Assembly: GCA_965655095.1 (NCBI GenBank)
Contig: OZ296651.1
Location: 62,310,001-62,374,000 of the forward strand
Length of the DNA stretch: 64,000 nt
DNA from: Haplodiscus bocki
Lineage: Eukaryota
Direction: 5' to 3'
Both the position numbers and the translations under genes were made by a program. A model generated the notes under the pieces. The model was given only the letters and a program-made list of their open reading frames with translations, did no database searches and had not been told where the DNA came from. Position 1 is the stretch's first letter; every line of letters starts with the position of its first letter. This document shows, in pieces, positions 52,701 through 64,000 of the stretch.

Positions 52701-55700
52701 AAAAAACACCGACATACTGATTAAACAAACATAAACAGATCCACGAGATGTATTAAAACTTCAAATGAACCAATCATCGGAAACTTTTTTTAATTGATAC
52801 TCCCTTGGAAGTAGAAGGTTAATGATTGTTGCAATTAACTAGTTTTGAAGTATTTAACTCTGTTTTCTTTGTAAATGAACAAATAAAAAAATCTCTTTTC
52901 TTTCGGTTTTACTTGATCCATAATCGTTTTTTCCAGAAGTTTAAATTCTATTGATTTAGTAGCCATCATATATTCCAAAGTTTTTTCATTTTGTTTTTTT
53001 TCCTCTCAACGTAATGCTAAATTTTTTGTTTTTTTTCAAGTACTTTCTGGCGGGTATTCTGATCACACTATATTAAGTAACCATGTTTATGGTCATCTTT
53101 ACTATCTATAACTAATTTTGTAATTTTAGCTTTTAATTTTTCTATGACTTTAGTTTCATCAAAAGATTTTGTTGCCAAATATCGAAAAAACCTATTCCAT
53201 GTAATTTGTGGAAAATCCATTATTGTTTTGTTCTTGAATGACTTCACTTACATATCAGTTTCCCAATACAGATGCAGTTCCTCCTCTCATGTTATTTTGA
53301 AGTAGTATTCCGAGTTTGTCGTGGGCTCTTTAGTTAATGCTACTACAGTGCTTCTTAGACCGTTTTTCCAGGTGGAACTAGGTGTGTTGTAAAAAAAGTG
53401 GATTATTACCAAATGCAGAGTTACATGTATCATCCTCATATATAATTTTGATATATAACTGTTAGAATTTTTACATCACTTTTGAGATAAATCGTCGTTA
53501 GTTTTTTTGGGTTGTTGATTTTATTTTTTCCAGCTGTATTTTCTGTTCTTTCTATTTTTTCACCTTCTGGCATAGGTGATTTTATAGTTAATTAGTAGTC
53601 TTCTCCGTTCGAGTTTTTGGTCCCAATACAATTCATTAACTGAAGTTTTTCCGGGGTGTAGGCTATTTTATTTTCGAAAGCTTATCTTTTTTTCCATTCG
53701 CATTCATGATTACAAGGGATTTTTTGTTGTGGATAATTCTTCCGACATAGCATTCAAAAAACTATAACAATCAAAGAATTTAAAACAACGTATTTTCAAA
53801 GAAATTTTACTGTCTGATAATTATAAAAAATCATCGCCTTTGTTTTCAATTTTTTTGCGGTTAAAAAGTTAAACAATTTTCTGAAAATTAGATGGCAATC
53901 ATAACCGGAAAAGTTATGGAAACAAAAATTGAATCATATCTCTTCCTCCTATTTAAATTATTTTTATTAGGTTCTACTCCTCCGAAATGGCCTGCTAAAT
54001 GGCAAAGGCCTTGAGCAACAGGATTTTCTTTTTAGTCATCCAATTTATTTCAATCTCAAAAAACCAATTTCTTTTTTCATTGTTAGCGGAGAGAAATTTC
54101 CCTAAGAGAACATGGCTGTCTGAGCCACAGTCGCTCGAAGAGCGATCATAATCACAATCACGTGATGTATCTTAGTTTATTTCAATCTTCTTTTCAAAAA
54201 ATTGTTTCATATATGTGTCAATTTCTAAGATCTCGTTTAAAACTCTTTCAACACCATCTCCAATTTAGTTCTTAAACCCATGCTTTTCCACCGTTAAGTT
54301 ATTATAGCAAGATACTTTTTACTTTGTTGCATCCTACTCCTACTGGCTTGTTTAGAAACAATGATTTTCGTTTTGAATCGTCTCCTGGTATATTGTTTCA
54401 TTAAAAAACAGCATCTCTCCACAATGTTGGGTGTGTTTTCACATACTAAATAATAAAGCTTTTCAAGGTATTTGAAGCCATGTATGATATGTTACAAAAT
54501 CTTCGACCAATGCATCTTGTCATATGCTCTGCAAGTTGAGATTGGCTTCCATAAGTATTAAAACACATTCAACGTAGATGTGTACACAATTTTCTTCTCC
54601 CGCAAAAAATGAGTTAGTCAGGCAATCAACAGTAATTGTGTTTGTATTTTTTATGTGTATTTTTTCGTCCTAATAGTGTTTGTTGATGTATATTGGTGAG
54701 AAAATGCTTAAAGGATGTTAATTGAAAAACGTTTTTAATTGGAATTTTCAGTTTCTTAGATTTTGTTTGTTTTCTGGTTCTCCTTTGGTACTGTGTGTTT
54801 TTTATTTTGAATGGGGTAAAATATTTATTGAAATGTGACACTCGTTCACGATATATATCTACTTTGTGTAAATAGGCTGGAAAAACCACGAGAAAAAACT
54901 TACCTTCTGTTTTTTGAATGTTCACAATAGATTTTGTATCATAATATGGTTTAGGTGAGATGCAGTAACTAAAAGGTCCTATATCATGGTATCTGAAAAC
55001 TTTTTCGATAAATTTTTCACACTATCAAATTTAAAATCACTTTTTCCTCATTCAGTTTTATGGATTTTAGCATCTAATTCGTTTTGTTCCACGATTGGGT
55101 TGTATACTTTTTCTTTTTTTTAATTATGGTTATTATTATGGTTGTGGACAGTATGTTTCGTGCTTTAGACATTCAACTAGGGATAATAACTTTTGTCCTC
55201 ATAAATCACAACATGTTTTCAAGTTTCAGAAAAAAGACAAATTGAATGTTTTAATGCACGTTACCGAAAAAAATTCTATACCATAAACAATTACAGTAAA
55301 GTTTAGATTTACAGGTGTTGTTGGTCTTGATAGTTAGTTTAATTATGCTCTTGTATTAACAAGTAAGGACATGTCAATTAGCAGCGAAGGGCAAACATTT
55401 TAAGACTTTATCCAAAATTAATGTTTTTTTAACTTTCATTTTTTTCTTTTATGGTTACATCTGCTTTTCCTAACAAGGCTTCGTTTAAAATTTCGGGCAA
55501 GTTCTTTATAAGATAACTAGATATTATTGTGTCATCAAAATCTTCTGTAATTGTGTACGTCTTCTCAGACCACTTTGTTGCAACATCATAAGAAGAAAAG
55601 TTTTCTTGTCTGAGTCCTAACAAAGTCTCCGAATTTAGGCTTTGTTTTATTTTTGTTTTCTTCTGTGAAAGATGTTTTGGTAAACATACCTTTCATTTTT

Positions 55701-58700
55701 TTGGAGTTGTTTGAAATTGTGTTGATTTATTTGAAAAAAGTTCTGTATTAACATATTTCTTTGTCACTGCCTTTATTTCGCTAAACCAATCACTTTTATT
55801 TTTCTCAAAAACAGTTCTTTGAGAACATCTCTACGTGTTTGATGAAGACTTCCAGCAGACACTGCTCCTTTAGATTTTTAGCGACTTTTTTTCCCAGTGA
55901 TACTTTTGTTTGAAAAATTAGTAAAAAATCCTTTACCATTTTTTTCCATCATCAGACTCTTTTTTTATACATTTGATTTTCTTTTTGAGGTTTTGAGGAT
56001 GTTTTCAATTCTTTCCTTTTTTGCTTGAGCGGTCTTTTTGACGGTTAATCCCACTCAAATGTTGAGAAACTAACAGTTACTACTAAGTGAAATCTATAGC
56101 CTTTTTTGGGGCATAATAATTTAGGTCTAATAAAACCATGCTCAAAATATCATTTATGTAATCTACTCCAATTTTGTTAGTAGCATAATCTTTTTCGGCA
56201 GTTTAGCATAAATTTCAGTTTTAAAAACACCGGTGGTTCTCCTAGTCAGTTAAAAATATAACTTCATTCTGATGTTCGCATTGATTTTATGGTACCTTTT
56301 CAGTTTTTTTAAAAACTTCTTTTATCATCAAAAGTCTTTTGAGCTATTTTTGGTTGCTTTACTTTCAAAATACCTTGTTTCTGATTTCTGATCAAATTTT
56401 CAAATCCACATTTGGTTTCGTTTTTTCCTAACAAGTTGCATGAACTTCTAAAGTGTATATGTTTCTGATTCTACTCCTCTGAGTTTTTATTCAGTTGAAT
56501 TCGATGGTTCTTTAAGATTGTAGGATTTACTCCACAAAAAACAGCTTCATCTAATTCATTTTTTGGGAGAGTCGAGTTTTAGTTTTTCAATTACTTTCAC
56601 GTTGTTTTCTGAATTTAGTTCATGTGATGGAGCTAATCCGCTCAAGTCTAGATCTTTTCAAGTTCCAAAAAGGGAAAAAAGACAGTGCAAAAAAGTAAAA
56701 ATGTCTCCGGTTTTTGAATTATCATTTTGTTTGGAGGATGATAAGAAGTATGAGGTCAACTTTAAGGAGTAAGTCATAACTTTTACTGTACTTTTGATAA
56801 AAAAAATGTTCTAAAAATCGGGATATAAAAAATTTACTGTTCAAAACAAAGCTGAGGACTTGTTTATTTCCAAAACAAAAATCACCGACATACTGATTAA
56901 ACAAACATGAACAGATCCACAAGATGTATTAAAACTTCAAATGAACAAATCATCGGAAACTTTTTTTAATTGATACTCCCTTGGAAGTAGAAGGTTAATG
57001 ATTGTTGCAATTAACTAGTTTTGAAGTATTTAACTCTGTTTTCTTTGTAAATGAACAAATAAAAAAATCTCTTTTCTTTCGGTTTTACTTGATCCATAAT
57101 CGTTTTTTCCAGAAGTTTAAATTCTATTGATTAAGTAGCCATCATATATTCCAAAGTTTTTTCATTTTGTTTTTTTTTCCTCTCAACGAAATGCTAAATT
57201 TTTTGTTTTTTTCAAGTACTTTTTGGCGGGTATTCTGATCACACTATATTAAGTAACCATGTTTATGGTCATCTTTACTATCTATAACTAATTTTGTAAT
57301 TTTAGCTTTTAAATTTTCTATGACTTTAGTTTCATCAGAAGATTTTGTTGGCAAATATCGAAAAAACCTTTTCCATGTAGTTTATGGAAATACCATTATT
57401 GTTTTGTTCTTGAATGACTTCACTTAAATATCAGTTTCCCAATCCAGATGCAGTTCCTCCTCTCATGTTATTTTCAAGTAGTATTCCGAGTTTGTCGTGC
57501 GCTCTTTAATCTAATGCTACTCCAGTGCTTCTTAGACCGTTTTTCCAGGTGGAACTAGGTGTACAGTAGAAAAAGTGGATTATTACCAAATGCAGAGTTA
57601 CATGTATCCATATATTTTTGATATAAAACTGCTGGAATTTTTACATCACTTTTGAGATAAATCGTCGTTAGTTTTTTGCGTTGATGATTTTGTGTTTTCC
57701 GGCTGTATTTTATGTTCTTTCTATTTGTTCACCTTCTGGCATAAGTGATTTTATACTTACTTAGAAGTAACCTCCGTTCAAGTTTTTGGTCCCAATACAA
57801 TTCATTAACTGAAGTTTTTCCGGTGTGTAGGCTGTTTTTTTTTCGAAAGCTTATCTTTCTTCCCATTCGCATTCAAGATTACAAGGGATTTATTGTTGTG
57901 GATAATTCTTCCAACATAGCATTCAAAAAACTATAACAATCAAAGAATTTAAAACAACCTATTTTTAAAGAAATTTAAATGTCCGACAATTTCGCTGAAA
58001 AATCATCTCTTTTGTTTTGAATTTTTTTGCGGTTCCATTGTTAAACAATTTTTTGGAAAATTAGATGGCAATCATAATCGGAAAAGATATGGAAAAGAAA
58101 CGGTAAAATTGAATCATATCTCTTTGTCGTATTTAAATTTTATTTATTAGGTTCTACTTTTCCGAAATGGCCTGTTAAATGGCAGAGATCTTGAGCAACA
58201 CGATTTTCTTTTTAGTCATCCACTTTATTTCAATCTCAACAAACCAATTCCTGTTTTCATTGTTAGCGGAGTGATGATTCCGGAAAGGAACATGGCTGTT
58301 TGAGCCACCGTCGCTCGAAGAGCGGTCATAATCTCAATCACAAGATGTATCTTAGTTTATTTCAATCTTCTTTTCAAAAAATTGTTTCATAAATGTGTCA
58401 GTTTCTAAGATCTCGTTTAGAACTCCTTCAACACCATCTCCAATTTAGTTCTTAAACCCATGCTTTTCCACTGTTAAGTTATTATAGCAAGATACTTTTT
58501 ACTTTGTTGCATCCTACTCCTACTGGCTTGTTTAGAAACAATGATTTTCGATTTGAATCGTCTACTGGTATATTGTTTCATTCAAAAACAGCATCTCTCC
58601 ACATTGTTTGGTGTCTTTTCACATTTTAAGGAATAAGGTTTTTCAAGTTATCTGAAACCATGTATGATTGTTACAAAAACTTCGTCCAATGCATCTTGTC

Positions 58701-61700
58701 ATTTGCTCTGCAAGTTGAGATTGGCTTCCATAAGTATTAAAACACATTCAACGTAGAAGTGTACACAATTTACTTCTCCCTCAAAGTTTCAGGCAATTAA
58801 CAGTAATGAGTTTTGTAACTTTTGATGTGTATTTTTTCTTCGTAATATTGTTTGTTAATGTATACTGGTGAGAAAGTCCTCAAAGGATGGTAATTGAAAA
58901 ACGTTTAAGATTGGAATGTTCAGTTACTCAGATTTTGTTAAATTTTTGGTTTGCCTTAGGTAATGCTTGTTCCTTATATTGAATTGGGTAAAACATTTGT
59001 TACAATGCGACACTCGTTCACGAGAAATTTCTACTTTGTGTAAATAGGCTTGAAAAACCACGAGAAAAAAATTACCTTCTGTTTTTTGGATGTTCACAAT
59101 AGATTTTGTATCATAATATGGTTTAGGTGAGATGCAGTAACTAGAAGGTCCTATATCATGGTATCTGAAAACTTTTTCGATAAATTTTTTACACTATCAA
59201 ATTTAAAATCTCTTTTTCCTGATTCAGTTTTATGGATTTTAGCATCTAATTCGTTTTGTTCCCCGATTGGGTTGTATACTTTTTCCTTTTTTTGAATATG
59301 GTTATTATTATGGTTGTCGACAGTTTGTTTCGTGCTTTAGACATTCAACTAGGGATAATAACTTTTTCCCTCATAAATCACAACATGTTTTCAAGTTTCA
59401 GAAAAAAGACAAATTGAATGTTTTAAAGCACGTTACCGAAAAAAATTCTATACCATAAACAATTACAGTAAAGTTTAGATTCACAGGTGTTGTTGGTCTT
59501 GATAGTTAGTTTGATTATGCTCTTGTGTTAGCAAGTAAGGACATGTCAATTAGCAATGAAGGGCAAACATTTTCAGACTTTATCCAATATTAATGTTTTT
59601 TTAACTTTGATTTTTTTCTTCCATGGTTACATCTCTTTTTCTCAACAAGGCTTCGTTTAAAATTTTGGGAAAGTTCTTTATAAGATAGCTAGATTTTATT
59701 GTGTCATCAAAATTTTCTGTAAATGTGTACATCTTCTCCGACCACTTTGTTGCAACATCATAAGAATAAAAGTTTTCTTGTCTGAGTGCTAACAAAGTCT
59801 TCGAATTTAGGCTTTATTCTCTTTTTGTTTTCTTCTGTGAAAAATGTTTTGAAAAATCATACCTTGCATTTTTTTGGAGTTGTTTGAAATTGTGTTGATT
59901 TATTTGAAAAAAGTTCTGTATTAACATATTTCTTTGTCACTGCCTTTATTTCGCTAAACCAATCACTTTTATTTTTCTCAAAAACAGTTCGCTGAGAACA
60001 TCCCTACGTGTTTGATGAAGACTTCCAACAGATACTGCTCCTTTAGATTTTTAGCGACTTTTTTTCCCAGTGATACTTTTGTTTGAAAAATTAGTAAAAG
60101 TTTTTTTACCATTTTTTTCCAACATCAGACTCATTTTTTATACATTTGATTTTCTTTTTGAGGTTTTGAGGATGCTTTCAATTCTTTCCTTATTTGCTTG
60201 AGCGGTCTTTTTGACGGTTAATCCCAATCAAATGTTGAGAAACTAACAGTTACTACTAAGTGAAACCTATAGCCTTTTTTGGGGCATAATCAGTTAGATC
60301 TAATAAAACCATGCTCAAAAAATCATTTATGTAATATACTCCAATTTTGTTAGTAGCATAATCTTTTTTGGAGTTTAGCTTGAATTTCAGTTTTTTAAAA
60401 ACACCGGTGGTTCTCCTAATCAGTTTAAAAAATAACTTCATTCTGATGTTCACATTGACTTCATGGTACTTTTTCAGATTTATTGGAAACTTCTTTTATC
60501 ATCAAAATCTTTTGAGCTATCTTTGGTTGCTTTACTTTCAAAATACCTTGTTTCTCATTTCTAATCATATTTTCAAATCCACATTTGGTTTCGTTTTTTC
60601 CTAACAAGTTGCATGAACTTCTAAAGCCTATATGTTTTCTGATTCTACTCCTCTGAGTTTTTATTCAGTTGAATTCGATGGTCTTTAAAAATATAAGATT
60701 TACTCCACAAAAAACAGCTTCATCTATTTCTTTTTTTGGGAGAGTCGAGTTTTAGTTTTTCAATCACTTTCACGTTGTTTCCTGAAAATAGTTCATGTGA
60801 TGGAGCTAATCCGCTCAAGTCTAGATCTTTACAAGTTCCAAAAAGGGAAAAAAGACAGTACAAAAAAGTAAAAATGTCTCCCATTTTTGAATTATCATTT
60901 TGTTTAGAGGATGATAAGAACTATGAGGTCAACTTTAATGACTAAGCCATAACTTTTAATGTACTTTTGATATAAAAAGTTTATAAAAATGGGGATATAA
61001 AAAATTTTACTGTTCAAAACAAAGCTGAGGACTTGTTAATTTCCAATACAAAAAACACCGACATACTGATTAAACAAACATAAACAAATTATTTTTGTTT
61101 TAAATTTTTTTCCTCTCAACGAAATGCTAATTTTTTTGTTTTTTTTCAAGTACTTTTTGGCGGGTACTCTCATCACACTATAATAAGTAACCATGTTTAT
61201 GGTAACCTTTACTATCTAAAATTTGCTTTGTAATTTTAGCTTTTGTTTTTTCTATGACTTTATTTTCATCAAAAGATTTTGTTGGCAAATTTCGAAAAAA
61301 CCTGTTCCATGTAAATTACGGAAAATCCATTATTGATTTTTTCTTGAATGGCTTCACTTACTTATCAGTTTCCCAATACAGATGCAGTTCCTCCTCTCAT
61401 GTTTTTTTCAAGTAGTATTCTGAGTTTGTCGTGGGCTCTTTAATCTAATGCTACCCCAGTGCTTCTTAGACCGTTTTTCCAGGTGGAACTAGGTGTATTG
61501 TAGAAAAAGTGGATTATTACCAAATGCAGAGTTACATGTATCCTAATATATAATTTTGATATAAAACTGTTGGAATTTTTACATCACTTTTGAGATAAAT
61601 CGTCGTTAGTTTTTTTGCTTTGGTGATTTTGTGTTTTCCAGCTGTAGTTTCTGTTTTTTCTATTTTTTCACCTTCTGGCATAGGTGATTTTATAGTTAAT

Positions 61701-64000
61701 TAGTAGTCTTCTCCGTTCGAGTTTTTGGTCCCAATACAATTCATTAACTGAAGTTTTTCCGGGGTGTAGGCTATTTTATTTTCGAAAGCTTATCTTTTTT
61801 TCCATTCGCATTCATGATTACAAGGGATTTTTTGTTGTGGATAATTCTTCCGACATAGCATTCAAAAAACTATAACAATCAAAGAATTTAAAACAACGTA
61901 TTTTCAAAGAATTTTTACTGTCTGATAATTATAAAAAATCATCGCCTTTGTTTTCAATTTTTTTGCGGTTCCAAAGTTAAACAATTTTCTGAAAATTAGA
62001 TGGCAATCATAACCGGAAAAGTTATGGAAACAAAAATTCAATCATATCTCTTCCTTCTTTTTAAAATATTTTTATTAGGTTCTACTCCTCCGAAATGGCC
62101 TGCTAAATGGCAAAGGTCTTGAGCAACAGGATTTTCTTTTTAGTCATCCAATTTATTTCAGTCTCAAGAAACCAATTTCTTTTTTGATTGTTAGCAAGCT
62201 AAATTTCCCGGAAGGAACATGGCTGTCTGAGCCACCGTCGTTCGAAGAGTGATCATAATCACAATCACGTGATGTATCTTAGTTTATTTCAATCTTCTTT
62301 TCAAAAAATTATTCCATATATGTGTCAATTTCTAAGATCTCGTTTAATACTCTTTCAACACCATCTCCAATTTAGTTCTTAAACCCATGCTTTTCCACTG
62401 TTAAGTTATTATAGCAAGATACTTTTTACTTTGTTGCATCCTACTCCTACTGGCTTGTTTAGAAACAATGATTTTCGTTTTGAATCGTCTACTGGTATAT
62501 TGTTTCATTCAAAAACAGCATCTCTCCGCATTGTTGGGTGTGTTTTCACATTTTAAAGAATAAGGTTTTTCAAGTTATCTGAAGCCATGTATGATTGTTA
62601 CAAAAACTTCGTCCAATGCATCTTGTCATTTGCTCTGCAAGTTGAGATTGGCTTCCATAAGTATTAAAACACATTCAACGTAGATGTGTACACAATTTAC
62701 TTCTCCCTCAAAGTTTCAGGCAATTAACAGTAATGAGTTTTGTAACTTTTGATGTCTATTTTTTCTTCGTAATATTGTTTGTTAATGTATACTGGTGAAA
62801 AAGTCCTCAAAGGATGGTAATTGAAAAACGTTTATGATTGGAATGTTCAGTTTCTAAGATTTTGTTTAAGTTTTGATTTTCCTTAGGTACTGCTTGTTTC
62901 TTATATTGAATTGGGTGAAACATTTATTACAATGTGACACTCGTTCACGATATATTTCTACTTTGTGCAAATTAGGCTTGAAAAACCACGAGAAAAAAAT
63001 TACCATCTGTTTTTTGCATGTTCACAAAAGATTTTGTATGATAATATGGTTTAGGTGAGTTGCAGTATTTAGAAGGTCCTATATCAAGGTATCTCAATTT
63101 TTTTTTCGATAACTTTATTACGCTATTAAATCTAAAATCACTTTTTCCCCATTCAGTTTTATAGATTTTATCATCTAATTCACTTTGTTCCCCGATTGGG
63201 TCGTATTATTTTTCCTTTTTTAATTATGGTTGTGGAGAATTTGTTTCGTGCTTTAGACATTCAACTAGGGATAATAACTTTTGTCCTCATAAATCACAAC
63301 ATGTTTTCAAGTTTCAGAAAAAAAACGAATTGAATGTTTTAATGCACGTTACCGAAAAATGTTCTATACCATAAACAATGAGAGTAAAGTTTAGATTTAC
63401 AGATGATGTTGGTCTCGATAGTTAGTTTGATTATGCTCTTGTAATAACAAGTAAGAACATGCAATTAGCAGCGAAGGGCAAACATTTTTAGACTTTATCC
63501 ATTATTAATGTTTTTAAAACTTTCATTTTTTTCTTCCATGGTTACATCTGTTTTTCTTAACAAGGCTTCCTTTAAAGTTTCGGGCAAGTCCTTTATAAGA
63601 TAGCTAGATATTACTGTGTCATCAAAATCTTCTGTATTTGTGTACATCTTCTCAGACCACTTTGTTGCAACATCATAAGAAGAAAAGTTTTCTTGTCTGA
63701 GTCCTAACAAAGTCTCCGAATTTAGGCTTTGTTTTATTTTTGTTTTCTTCTGTGAAAGATGTTTTGGTAAACATACCTTTCTTTTTTTTGGAGCTGTTTG
63801 AAATTGTCTTGATTTAGTTGAAAAATGTTCTGTATAATCATGTTTTTTGGTCACTGCCTTTATTTCGCTGAAACAATCTTTTTTACTTTTCTCAAAAACA
63901 GTTCTTTGAGAAGATCTCTACGTGTTTGATGAAGACTTCCAGCAGATACTGCACCTTTAGATTTTTAGCGACTTTTTTTCCCAGTGATACTTTTGTTTGA
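46799..64000. repeat. ~4.17 kb tandem array of Polinton fragments (units start 46799, 50961, 55140, 59312, 63228)
   Basis: Recurring ggttgtgga junction; periods 4162, 4179, 4172, 3916 (unit 4 has a ~260 bp deletion near 61088); repeated ORFs at 51250/55429/59601 and 56563/60736. Confidence 0.95.
48730..50955 (-). pseudogene. Protein-primed family B DNA polymerase, 3'-truncated (repeats at ~52880-55120, ~57060-59295, ~61090-63222)
   Basis: AYLHKVDIYRERVSH..KY; QDLCHLTGNFGG...RCNL (cf. RDHCHLTGKFRGAAH..CNL); Exo II FHNFSGYDCHLIF (53922-53884); Exo III YLKSDV (53489-53472); NNMRGG; DD...GY....D..YP. Motifs B and C (YxDTDS) not seen. Confidence 0.85.

Larger units (their letters stand above)
25100..64000. 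mobile_element. Decayed Polinton/Maverick (adintovirus-like) cluster, multiple partial copies
   Basis: Remnant motifs of pPolB, rve integrase, packaging ATPase, adenain protease, major and minor capsid (see below). No terminal inverted repeats seen. Confidence 0.88.

Noticed and set aside
31632-64000. CRISPR-like or prophage interpretation of the repeats
   Set aside because: Units are 0.9-4.2 kb with no repeat-spacer structure, and gene content is Polinton-type.
25100-64000. Intact, active Polinton
   Set aside because: All genes are riddled with stops and indels, pPolB lacks motifs B and C, and no TIRs were found.

Overview
Eukaryotic (animal-like), AT-rich, entirely repeat-derived window; no host gene, RNA gene or CRISPR array is supportable. 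(1) 1-~12744 is the 3' part of a lightly decayed, env-bearing Ty3/Gypsy LTR retroelement. Its pol runs protease-RT-RNase H, then a TARG1/OARD1-like macrodomain, then integrase. Downstream are a class I fusion-type env, an unknown ORF3, a polypurine tract and an apparently ~4 kb 3' LTR. That LTR carries, antisense, a JmjC 2-oxoglutarate/Fe(II) dioxygenase gene with an intact H-x-E...H triad. (2) ~20.5-24.9 kb is a second, more diverged copy of the JmjC-containing LTR sequence without internal genes (solo-LTR-like). (3) ~25-64 kb is heavily decayed Polinton/Maverick (adintovirus-like) DNA: three partial collinear genome copies (minor and major capsid, adenain protease, packaging ATPase, integrase), a ~0.95 kb capsid-fragment tandem array, and a ~4.17 kb tandem array of capsid/integrase/pPolB fragments. 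The best candidate for an undescribed system is the retrovirus-like element carrying two putative 'eraser' enzymes (JmjC in the LTR, macrodomain in Pol). All family assignments come from manual translation and recalled motifs, not database searches; coordinates in decayed regions are approximate.
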